64,000 nucleotides of DNA. It comes from Vicugna vicugna. Its lineage: Eukaryota. The notes beneath the pieces are model-generated. The model did not search any database. It saw only the letters and a program-made list of their open reading frames with translations, and was not told the DNA's origin. The translations under genes were made by a program, and so were the position numbers. Of the stretch, positions 49,906 through 60,950 are shown in pieces (the stretch's first letter is position 1; the number at the start of each line of letters is the position of its first letter). The stretch is from contig MU057719.1 in assembly GCA_013265495.1 (NCBI GenBank), forward strand, positions 250,001 through 314,000. The letters run 5' to 3'.

Positions 49906-51254
49906 CGCCGGAGCTTGTGCCTCTCTGAGGCTCAGGCTGTCAGAATCCCATGGAACAGATGAGGAAACCCAGGCACAGAGCAACTTGCCCACGCTGACCC
50001 TGATAGAAGGAAGTGCCAGGAAGTGTACACTTACTGAGAGTCTGAAGTGGTATAAGAAAAAAATGACGGATCACCAAGATGCAGACTGGTCTGCCCCACG
50101 CCCTCCCACATGGCTCCCTTTAAGTGCCGGCTCCCCGGTCTTCCCAGAGCTCTTCCTGAGGTTTGCCCACAAGTCCTCACCACAAACTCCTGGGGCAGCT
50201 TTATCAGCCCCGAACTGGAGTCGGGGAGATCAGGGTGCAGAGGGGCCCGGCCTCCTGTCTCCAGCATTCTCTCCCTTCTGCCGCGGTTGTCTGGCTCAGG
50301 AAACGGGCGGAGGGAGGCACGCCGAGCAGACATTGGCGGTTCTGTCTACACTAATCAAGTTAATTGGATAATTGCCACTTCATGGTGCTCGGTGTTGACA
50401 CAACCTTGAACTTGGCTCTTTCGCAGAAGGTTTCCTCTGAGCCTCTCCGGGAGGCTCCTCCGGCTGGTGAACGGAGCCTCCTGCTCACCCAGGCCAGGGG
50501 CACGGGGGTCTCCTTTCCTAGCAGGTGGGGGCCGGGGGGAGCTGGCAGACCAGACAGGCTAAATGACTGTCTGAGGTCACGGAGCGACCGTGGATGAGGC
50601 GACAAGAGGAGCCCACGCCTGCCGCCACCTGCGGCTCTGACGACTGAATCACCCCAAAGAGACGTGTGCGATTGCGTCTCTATTCCACCTGCAGGAGGGG
50701 AATCAACGTTTGCTAAATGACAAGGAGAAAGATCAGCAGGAGGAAAGCGTATTTTCCACGTTTAACAGCGTGTTCCCGACATCGGCAAGTCCGAGGTCAG
50801 ATAGCAGGCCCACCTGCCGTGGGGCTGGGCTGGACTGGGCTGGGGGCACGCGACCTCGCTGGCTGGTGGCCAGGCACCAGGGAGGGCGAGGGACAGCGGG
50901 AAGGGACACAGATTGGGGCCAGTGGACACCTCCTTCCACCAAGCCTGGAGTGAGCTCCAGCTAGACACCCCGAAACGGGCAGAGAGGGGGCCAGCGGGGG
51001 GAGCGGAGTGAGAACGCCTCTGCAGGGGGGAAGGAAATCTGAGCAAGAAGCCTTCCTGCAGAGCCCACGCCCTGCTCGCCCACGGAGCTCAGCAGGGGAG
51101 GGCCGGGCGCGCTGGGACAGGGCTCCTCCAGCAGGAAGGGTGCCGCGCGCAGGTCTCCCGCCAGCTCCGCGGGAAACTACCAGAGGGGGCTGCGGGGACG
51201 GCGTGGATTGGCAAGGACCCGTTTCATCCATTCCTCGACTCTGGTGTCTCTTTT

Positions 51255-51540
51255 GAAAAATGTTGAGTATCTCCTGGGTGGTGGGCACAGTGTCCACTGC
51301 TGGGGACACAGTGACCACGGCAGATTCTGACCCTGTCCCCGGGGTTTCTGGTTTGGGAACTACAGTGACAGGTTGCGGCTGGGGCGGGGCAGTGATAACG
51401 GAGGGTGGGGGTCTAACCCAGCCAGGGGCCCCACCCAGGCCTCCCCAGGAAGGGGTGCAGCCTACGTCTCGGAGGAGGACTGTTTTTAGCTGAAGGAGCC
51501 AGGAGAGGGTCCAGTGAGGCTGAGAAATGGACCAGGCTCC
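51255..51540 (-). mobile_element. degraded L2 3' region
   Basis: TGTTGAGTATCTCCTGGGTGGTGGGCACAGTG...TGCTGGGGACACAGTGACCA...GGCCTCCCCAGGAAGGGGTG follows antisense L2. Confidence 0.55.
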
Positions 51541-52309
51541 TCGGGGTCCCACTGGAGGGGGAGGGGGAAGGGTGGGGAGGGAGGTGTGCATGGGCTAGAG
51601 GGGTGGAGCCCTCTCTAAGCCCAGAATCATCCCCAGGGACTCAGACAGACATCCATGCCAGGCAGCTCCCGGCTCGGTGGGGCAGGGAGCCCCCGGAATT
51701 TGCAGGCCTCTTTAAGAAAACAAGTGCATAATTTCAGGTACAAAATCCGGTCCAGGGCGTCAGAAGCAGGGCCTGCAGGTGAGGGATGTGGTGGCCAGTC
51801 TTCATCAGTTTCCTGGCAGTCCCCCATCCATCTAGTATTGTCACTTCCCCGCGATGGCTTTTAAAAACCTCTTTCCTTTGCATTCTGTTCCATAACCCTC
51901 TCGACCCTGATCCTAGGGCTTCACATGCCCCTAACTAGCCCCAGGACCCTCCATCCATCCCTCGCTGCCCGTCCATCTCTTGGGTCCTTCATTTTGACTT
52001 GGCTCTTGGTGGCCTGTCAGTTTTTCCTTCCATGACTTTCGATGCATGACAAGGGTCCATTCCCTGGGGACTCGCCGCCCTGCCAGTGTCCCCACCAGCT
52101 CCCCAGCCAAAGTCCACTGTGGCCAGAGTCCCCGGGGCCTCTGCCAGAGTCTTTCCCTGCTGACAACGCAGAGAAAAGGGGTTTGGAACCTGCAGGGTGC
52201 AGTGCATGCAGGCACACGTGTGCGACGCCGCCCCGTCACATCGCGCAGTCTGCCCCGGATGCGCCTTCTGTCTGTGTCGGTCCTTTGGGGTGTGACTTTT
52301 GAAGTTGTT

Positions 52310-53085
52310 TCCTTCTTAAACAAACAAAAAAGTAATTCATTGAGAAAGTCCGGACAATGTAGAAGGATAAAGAAGAGACAAAATAAAAATACCAGTAACC
52401 CCAGCACGAAGAAATAACCGTTTATTGAGAGCTTGGTTTTTTCCACCAGTCTTTTTCTCTTTGCATCTACAGATGTACACCTTTTCCAGCCTAGAGACCA
52501 TACCAGACCTACCATTTTGTGCCCTCTTTTTTTTTTCAGTTAAAATTATACAATCTACCTTTTCCCGCTCATTAAATATTCAAATGATCATTTACAGTGG
52601 GTACACTCCTCGCAGACTCGAGGACCTCTGATTAATATCCTTCTCGGCGCATTTCGTTGTTTGTTTTTCGTTTTTCTTAATTCTTTTCAAAAATTCTTTT
52701 TGTTTGTTTTCTGGGGGAGGTAATGAGGTTGACTGACTGACTGATTGGAGGTACCGGCAACTGAACGCAGGACCGTGGGCACGCTGAGCACACGCCCCAC
52801 CACTGGGCTCCAGCCTCCCCGCCCCGACCTCCCTGCACATCTCTCTGTCTCAGCCTGTCTCCAGCTCCCTGGCTGTGGGACAAGGGGTCAGGGGGTGCTG
52901 TTGGCACCGCTGCCAGATGGCCTTTGGTCCAGCTGTGCCCATGCGGCCTGGTGAGCCCACGAAGGGACCGGCACCCACTTTTACCATATTCCTGGCAACT
53001 CTTTGGGGTGTCTTCTCAGGGTTTTAATTTCCACTTCTTTCCCGACCAGGGTATGTGAACACTCGTTCCTGTCCACAGTCCTGCT
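52310..53085 (-). mobile_element. old L1 (L1ME-like) 3' region
   Basis: AAAGTAATTCATTGAGAAAG...AATGTAGAAGGATAAAGAAG...ATAAAAATACCAGTAACCCCAGCAC...ATAACC and, further on, GGTTTTAATTTCCACTTCTTT...TGAACACTC resemble recalled antisense L1ME 3' UTR and ORF2 end. Confidence 0.65.
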
Positions 53086-53911
53086 TGACCTCAGCCCCTC
53101 GCGGAGAGCCAGAATGTCCAAGAAGGGCGGGGCCGCTGGTCACCTGCCCTTCCTTTGCCCGTCTTCCCCGTCAGGTGGACATCAGCGGGGGTCCCCACCT
53201 GGGTGCTCTCCAGCAGAATAGCCTGAGGAGTGCTTACAAAAGGGAGTCTCTGCACAGTTGCATGGGTCGGGGCCCCACCAGTGGCTGGAAATAGGGACTG
53301 TCACCACCCTGGGCTTGAAGGGGCAAGGGGGAGGCAGGGGTGGCCTGAACCCTGAGGCAGAGAGGGCTGGCGGAGGGGGCACCCGGCAGGCGCTGGCCTC
53401 CTGGAGAGAAACCAACACCCGACCCCGGAGCCGGAGGGCCAGGAGCTCAGGATTCTGTCTGGAAGGGTCAGCCTCCGAGAGCAGAGCGTGTGAAAATGAG
53501 GGGAGAGGGTCCCGGGGGCACCGCTTCTCCTATTGATTCATGGGTGCTCTTTATTACTGGGGCGTTGGCCCTCCCCCCAGCACAGAGCCCTGGTGCCATG
53601 ACCCGCTGCGGTCTGCACTGTCTGGCGTCGGCTGCCATGCACAGGACGGGATGTGGGCAGGAATGATTTGGGCCGTCAGTGCTCGGGTTTGCCAGCCTTC
53701 CTGCCTGCTAAAGAGACGGTGTCGGGCAGCTTTAAAAATGTCGCCTCGGCAGAGGGATGGTCCCAGGGCGCGGTGCAGCAGGAGTAATCGTGGTAAATTA
53801 TTGCCAATTTATCTGGAAGGACTAAAGGCAGCAATACTGAAGGGTTGAGGAGGCTGCACGCAGCAACTCCAGAAGGATTTTGGGTTTAAATGTCAACTTC
53901 ATGAGTTTGTG

Positions 53912-54375
53912 CGTGGGAGGCAGCCTGCGAGCCCCCAGAAACCCACGTCCTGGCGTCCATGCCATCGTGAGGTCTCCTCCCTTGATGAATAGAGTTGGCC
54001 TCTGTAACCCATAGGGCACTGTGCACTTGGTGGTGTGTGACTTCTGACTTCCGGTCATAAGACCGCTGGCTCTGGGGAAGCCGACTGCCCTGTGGGAGGT
54101 CCACGCGGGGAGGAACCAGAGCTTCCTGCCAAGAGCCAGCACCAGCTTGCCGGGGACGTGTGCGAGCCCCCGGAAGTGGGCCTTCCAGTCTTCATCGTCA
54201 CGGCACGTCAGCCCAGCCGGCATCCCTGCAGCCTCCTGGGAGACTCCGAGTCAGACGTGCCCAGCCGGGCTGCCCGGAATTCCAGCCCCACCGTGGCCGT
54301 GGGGGCGCAGGCGGTTCCTGCTGCTTCAGGCCGCTGCACACCTTGTCCTGTCCTGTGCGGCAGCAGAGACAAACG
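53912..54375 (+). mobile_element. MaLR solo LTR (MLT1F-like)
   Basis: TGGGAGGCAGCCT...CCCCCAG start; GTGTGACTTCTGACT...GGTCATAA, GCTCTGGGGAAGCC...TGCCCTGTG, GAGGTCCACGCGGGGAGGAAC, GCAGCCTCCTGGGAGACTCCGAG, end GCAGCAGAGACAAAC. Confidence 0.75.
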
Positions 54376-54788
54376 CCATATTTTACTGCAAACCACGGGA
54401 CAGTTTGAAATCAATGCCTGGAGTCCAAATTCTGGGCCTCCAGGTGGACCCAGGAGAAGCACCCACCCACCCAGGGGCTGCTTGGCCCAGACGGAGGGCT
54501 GGGAGTTCAGAGCACCCCATGGAATCAGGGCCCCCTCTGAGCCTCAGTCTCTGCGTCTGAGAAATGGAGGAGCTGGACGAAGAGGGGCTGAAACAGCCCT
54601 GCCCTCCGGAGATCCGAGCTCAGCGGGGGTAGGGTCCGTCCCACTCCCGACACCGGCCGCCCTTCCTGGAGCAGAGCCTGGGCTGCACACAAGCCCCGAT
54701 TCCAAAAGCACCAGAAACAGAGCCTTTTCTGCTGTTTAGCCAGAGAGGAAGACATCGTCCTGGGCCAACCAGAACTCCCCCGTAGGGC

Positions 54789-54807
54789 TGTGTGTGTGTG
54801 TGTGTGT
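54789..54807. repeat. (TG)9 microsatellite at an L1 tail
   Basis: Read directly. Confidence 0.95.
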
Positions 54808-55253
54808 ATTTTGTTTAATTGAGATATAATTCACAAGCCGCAAAAGTCACCCTTTCAAGCACACCCCTCAGTGCTCTTCGGTATAACCACAGGGCTGTGC
54901 AGCCATCACCACTGTCGAGTTTCAGGGTACTCTCATCGCTCCGGAAAGGAGCCGCATCTCGTCTCGCAGCCACTGCCTCCCCCAGCCCCCGCAGCCCCTC
55001 ATTTACTTTCTGTCTCTGTGGGTTTGCCCGTTGTGGACAGCTCATGCGTGTAGCATCACACACCAGGTGGCCGTTTGTGCCCGGCCTCCTTCGCTCAGCT
55101 TCTGACGTTCGCCCACGCTGTAGCCCTGTGTGTCAGAACTCCCGCCCCTTCTGTGGCTGTGTGATAGTCCGCTGTCTGGATGGACACGTGTAGTTATCCA
55201 TCCAACCGTTGATGGACGTGCGGGCCGTTTCCATCCCTCGTCCGTCGTGAGTA
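54808..55253 (-). mobile_element. L1MB-like 3' UTR, strongly GC-shifted
   Basis: TTTAATTGAGATATAATTCACA...TCACCCTTTCAAG...TGTGCAGCCATCACCACT...TACTTTCTGTCTCTGTGGGTTTGCC...TTATCCATCCAACCGTTGATGGAC matches recalled antisense L1MB 3' end. Confidence 0.85.
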
Positions 55254-56964
55254 GGCCCACCCCGCCCCCACAAGGAGAAACCAGCCGAAGAAAGTGACCA
55301 TCAGCCCGCTTGTTAAGGGAGACGTCGCTCCCTCCTTGAACGTTCTCTGCTCACTTTGTGGACTGATCCCCGGGAGGAGCCCGTGCTGTCGGGTTTCCAA
55401 AGGCACTGTCTGCGCCTGAGTGCAGACGGGGCGTGCCTGGGACCTGAGCCCCCGGCTCCAGGCCCTGTTCCCCTGAGGCTCAAGGGGTCGGCAGGCCCTT
55501 GGTTGGCCAGGGCTTCAGTCTCCCCATGGGACCAGGGGTCAGGAAGGGCGCTGGCCAGGACAAAGCGACTCCTCACCTGGCCACTCGACCTTGACCGCTG
55601 CGCCTAGAGGCTCAGAGGCCCAGTCTCGTCACCTGCGGAGTGGGGACACTGCCGCCCGCGTGCCGGGACCGTGAGAAGTCAGAGGCCACGCTGGGGGAAC
55701 GCACAACACGTGACCAGCGGGTTTTACAGAGAGGAAGTGAGCCGATGGGCCGACGGGGAAGAGGAGCTGCATCTGCAAGCAAACAGGCGACGGAAGGAGC
55801 AGAGGCTCGCCTGGAGGGTTAGGCGGCTGCGCCTCCTGTCCTTCCGGCGGGGGCAGCTGGGTTGCGGTCCCCTCTGCCCTCCCACTCAGGGCTGGGCACA
55901 GGGCCGGACCCCCGGGGCCCACACATAGCCTGGCTGGCCCCCGGAAGAGGCAGGAGCAGGGAGCAGTTTCCAACAAGGGTCGAGGCGGAGGGTCCAGCAT
56001 CCCGAGGGGCCCAGACTGGTCCCCCAGGAGACCCCAGGAGACAGAGCAGAGAGCTCCGGGGCAGGGATGGGCAAGCTGCCGTCAGCCCTCGGGCGTGACA
56101 CCTCCTCCAGGCTCCGGGCAGGAGCGCCAGGGCCGCGGGGCTGGTGGGTGGGCGGGGGGACAGGAGGACAGGCAGGGTCCCCACTCCCCGGGCTCAGGGC
56201 CATCCATCTTGGTCTGGCCCTATTAAAATACATTATAAAGGAAAGAAAAGCGTGGACCAGAGGGTGAAGGGGAGGGAAATGATGCTGCGTCAGGCCTTTG
56301 TTTGTTCCTCCCCCCAGGACCCCGCGCAGAGAAGATAAAAGGGGGCCTGGGGCTTTGTTCTCGGGAGTTGGGGCGGCCGAGCTCAGTGGGGCGGCTCTGT
56401 GGGAAGGAGTGACGCCAGTGGGAGGCACTGCACCTGTCTGGGGCCCTGCCCCTCCTCCACTGCCTTTCGCACCCTCAGACGTCACAGCCCCCCGCCTGCC
56501 CCCACCAGAGCCAGGTCACCTGGCCACAGTCCTGCAGACCAGGGGCAGAGAGGTGGGCTCCAGCTGCACCTGTGGGGCAGGAAGATCATCCTGGGTCTTG
56601 CGAATGTGGAGCTTTGAAAATTTTCAGCCCCTGAAGCTGATTCCCAGCTCCTGCTGGGAGCCCCGAAGAGCCCACAGGTGACAGTGACAACCCTCCCATG
56701 GGAAGCCCTGCCCTGGAGACGGGCCCTGGGCAGCTGACCCAAGAACGTGGGCCACGTGGGCCTCACCCTGGTCCTATGCAGTGTGTACTGACCGGGCCCA
56801 GGGCAGAGGCCCCCCGATACCGAGGGTGACAGGCGCTCCCTCCGCCAGGCCTGCTGAGAAGCCACACCCCACAGCTTCAGTGGCAGCCCCACCGGGGCCA
56901 CCTCCTGAGGGCCAGGCCAGGCAAGACCTTTTATGGTTGTGATACCTTTGACCCTTGGCGTCAC

Positions 56965-57038
56965 TGGTTATGAGCTGAATTCTATCCCTTCCCCCAAAAG
57001 ATGTATTGAAGTCTTATCACCCAGAACCTCAGAGTGTG
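56965..57038 (+). mobile_element. 5' fragment of a MaLR LTR (MLT1A-C-like)
   Basis: TGGTTATGAGCTGAATTCTATCCC...AAAAGATGTATTGAAGTCTTATCACCCAGAACCTCAGAGTGTG vs recalled TGTTATGGGCTGAATTGTGTCCC...TATGTTGAAGTCCTAACCCCCAGTACCTCAGAATGTG. Confidence 0.75.
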
Positions 57039-57738
57039 CCCCAGGCCCAAGCAGGGGTATGGACACAGCGACGTGGCCCACAGCAGTGAAAACACTCTGC
57101 GCTTCTGGCCGAGCCCACTCCCCTTGCTTTCTGGAAGGAGCCGGCCTCCCCGCCCCAACCCCATGCCCAGCAGCAGGCTGGTTCCTGGCTGGCATCTGGT
57201 GGGGGTTGGGATTTCTGTCTCCACGTTCCCCGCTGTCTTCCCGGGGTGCGCCATGACTTCCCGTCTTCACAGGTGCTGGGGTTGGGGGACCCCTTTGGGC
57301 CCAAAAGCAGTCATGGCAGTGGGGGTGGAGTCCCTCAGAGGTTCAGCATTTTCCTCATCGAAAGGTAACCCGCGTGGCTGCGTGGGGCAGCAGGGCTGCG
57401 TTTGTGCACCTTGGGGGGTCGGCGCTAGGGGGCGCAGGCACAGGAACGGGAGGGGTTCTCGTGTCACTGAGACGAGACACACGGGCTGACGCTGTTATCC
57501 GCAGCAGCTGCCCCAGAACCGGGCCGCGTGCCCCAGCGGGGCCCCTCGCCCTGCGCTCACTCCGGAGGTGCTTTCTATCTCTAAAGAGAGGCGTGGACGC
57601 AAGCTCACTTCCTCAAATAATCTATACAACCCCAGTGTGTCTGTCAGGTCCTGTGTAAGCTGAAAATGCAACTGAAATCAGTTTTTAAATGCATACAAAA
57701 TAAATGTTATCAACAAAGTTAGGGGAAAAAATGATGAC

Positions 57739-58095
57739 CATGATGGCTAATTTTATGCATCCACTCGGCTGGGCCATGGGGCCCAGATATTTTGTCAAAC
57801 ACTCTTCTGGTTGTTTCTATGAGGGCGTATCTGGTTGAGGTTAACATCTGAATCCTTGGACTCTGGGAAGCTGATGGCCCGCCCCAGTGTGGGTGGGCCT
57901 CGTCTAATCAGTTGAAGGCCCGCAGCAACTCCAAAGACCAGCCTTCCCTGAATAACAGAGGATTCTCCAGGGACTGCCTTCAGACGCCTGCAGCGTCAGC
58001 TCTCCTGGGTCTCCACCTGCCAGCCCACACCACTGACTGGGACTTGCCTTCACCACATGAGCCAGTTCCTTACAATGAATGCTTTCCTCCATCTC
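57739..58095 (+). mobile_element. ERVL solo LTR (MLT2 family)
   Basis: TGATGGCTAATTTTATG...GGCCATGGGGCCCAGATATTTTGTCAAACA...TGTGGGTGGGCCTCGTCTAATCAGTTGAAGGCC...TGAGCCAGTTCCTTACAAT matches recalled MLT2 consensus along its length. Confidence 0.88.
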
Positions 58096-60789
58096 CAGAG
58101 CCAGCAAGAGGGGGTCCCGGGAACCATACTGAAAGGGCACGAGGTGGGGCCCCCACGGGCAGTCCTGGGAGGGAGGTGCCTGTCCCGTGTCTGACACTCA
58201 GGCCAGGATCAGGACACGGCCAAGCGCATCTTTGATCTCTCCGCATTGTGAGAACCCAGCCCACTTCCCCCCCTGCCGACACTCACACTGCCGACACATC
58301 GCCTCCAAGGCGGGCAGATGCAGACAGCGAATGTGAGTGTGTCACAGGCCTGTCACCCCAGCACGCAGCCCTGCACACAGCAGGCTTGGGACCCACGGCC
58401 CCTCTGACCACCCCCCCCCCACCTAGGTCCAACCAGCCTGGTCCATGGCGGCCTAGGGTTCCACAGAGAAGCTCTGTGACAGCTGAGGCCGGCCACAGGG
58501 CAAGTCCCCGCCTCCCCACCGCGGCCAGCAGGACAGCCACTCTCTGTGTTCTGTAAATCCGGCTTCTGGGCAGGATTCATTTGAAGATTCACACCTGCAG
58601 CTTAAACAAATTCGAGTACATGGAGGCTCAGGGCGCAGACATGTCCCCTTCCTTGTGATGGCCGCCGAGTGAGGGAGGGAAGCTAGGCCTCCACCTTGCG
58701 GGGTCAGGTCCTCAGGGATCGGATGTCTGTGAAATCTATCCCCAGGGCATCATCCGGAAGCTCCACTTCCAGCCAGGGCTAGGGTTCCAGAGGTTGCCCC
58801 GAGATTCTTATAAACATGACATATCGAATAAACTCCTTCCGAAACCCTCACCAGCTCTGGGAGGCTGGGCATGTTTTCCAGGCTTCACTCGTCCACTCGG
58901 CTCAGTTTTCCTGTGGTCCCTTCCACTCAGGGCAGGGAGGCACCCCCGGCCTTCTCGGGGTGGGGGGAGACGGCCCTCGGCCGCCCTTCACATCTGGAAT
59001 GATCCGCTGCGGCTGTGACCACCAGGGCCTGGGGGGAGAGGGCAGCCAGAGCGTCTGTGCCGGGACGAGAACCACAGCCCTCCAGCCCCATCCCCTGAAA
59101 ACGCCCCCGGCCCGGGCGGGCACAGCTGCACGCCGCGGGGCAGGTAATGCCGCTGAGAGGGTGACCTGGGTGGAGGCAGCATCCCGTGGGTCTCCGCATG
59201 CCCGACTCTCCCGCCTGCGTTTCCCGACAGAGGGTCTGCGGGAAGGGGTGCAGCCCATCTCTTTCAGCAGTCCCGTGTCAGCTTGCTGCACGGAGCAAAC
59301 CGGATGTGGGAACTGGCAGTGGCTCACCAGACCTCTCGCCCGAGACGGCCTCGGTCTGCACCTGTGCATGACAGCCCACGCGGCTCCAGGCCGCCCCAGC
59401 CTGCCACTGAGGCCACACCCGCACGTCAGCCGAGCAAAGGCCCAGTGGTTACTTGCTAGAAAGTCAGCGTCCCGTCCTCTGAGGCGCTCAGAGAGCACAC
59501 GCTCAGCTGGCTGAGCTGCAGATGTCCCACCTCCCCGCACACACTGTCATTTGTATTTTTCTACCCAGAAACAGGGGTTTGGACGTGAAGGCGGCTGTGT
59601 ACCCGAGTTTCCGTGTATGTAGACAAACACCTTTTCCACTTTAGATTCGGGGTGAGGGAGCAGAGTGGCTGGGGCCGGGGTGCCGTCTGAGCCAGCAGAT
59701 GTGAACAGAAGCAGGAGGCAGAGCCCCCCCGGGACAGAAGCATGAGAATGGCAGTGGCCCTGGCGTGGGGCTGAGCTCCCCGGCTAGGGACAAGGGACAA
59801 GACAGAAGGTGGGTCCGATGATGGTCTAGAGCCGGGGGGCAAACCTGGACCAGTCCCAGGAGCTCCGGGAGGCATGGGCCAGCAGGGCCAGCGGGCAGTC
59901 GGTGGGGGCGCCTCCCAGAGGAGCCCTGGGGTAGATGGTGACCACGTGGGCGGAAGCAGGGGCCGCAGTCTGATAAAGATGTGGCTCTGGCTCAAGAGGG
60001 ATCTGGGCGCACCCCCAAGGATGCTCACACCTACAGGGCACACCCAGTTCCCGTACGCGCCCCACTCACATCCAAATCCCAGCGGCACCTACCCAACCCC
60101 TCCCTCCCTGCGCAGCGGCCGTCCAAGCCCTGCCGGGAACTGGCTAGAAGACGAGGCCCACCCCGCCCTCTCCCTGTCCCTAAAGCAATGACATCGTCCT
60201 CGGCTCCTGCCATCAGCGGCCAAGCTGATGGATCGCCCCGTGCGATGACTCAGCAGCCATCAGCCAGTCTATGAAACGGCGTTAATTCTGCCGGGGTCGC
60301 GCCTGGCGCTTGCATTGGAAGGCAGCAGCCTCTGGGTGGAGGTGAAGGGGCGGGGCCCCCGCCAGACCCCTTCACTCAGAGCTGTGAGACACGGTGCCAG
60401 CACAGCCACTCGGGCCCCCGGCCCAGGACCCTGGACAGGCCGCCAGGTGGCGACGCTCGTCGAAGCCCCAGCCTCCAGGGCGGGAGGCAAGGCAGCCCCC
60501 AGAGTAGCCGCACCCCGGGGGGGGCCGGAGGAAGGCGGGAGAGCCCCCAGGCCTGGGGCGCTCTGGGGCGTCGGCCCTGCCCCGGGCCGCCAGGGGGACC
60601 GGCTTCTCCTACCCAGCTCCCTGGACGCGTGTCCCAGTTTCGCCGCGCGCCGGGCGGGCCTCCTGCTCAATGAGGGACGCGTCGTGGTGTGAATGACAGC
60701 AGTGTAACAGCACCTGCCTGTGTCGGGCACCTGCGCTTGGCCGGACGGGAGAGCTGCCCTCGGAGCAGACGTCTGGGCCTGACGCCCCA

Positions 60790-60950
60790 TCTCAAACCCT
60801 GCCCCGGCCCTCAGCAGCTGTGCGACCTCGGGTAGGTGACGTCACCCCTCTGTGCCTCAGCTTCCACATGTGTACACTGGGGCCAGCGACTGGACCCTGG
60901 GAGCATGGGCTGGAGGATTCAGGCAGCTAACACTGTAAAGCACCAAGCCC
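60790..60950 (+). mobile_element. MIR SINE fragment
   Basis: AGCTGTGCGACCTCGGGTAGGTGACGTCACCCCTCTGTGCCTCAGCTTCCACATGTGTACACTGGG...TGTAAAGCAC. Confidence 0.7.

Noticed and set aside
49756..49962. Poly-His ORF
   Set aside because: Simple translation of the CAC/CAT repeat with no splice or domain support
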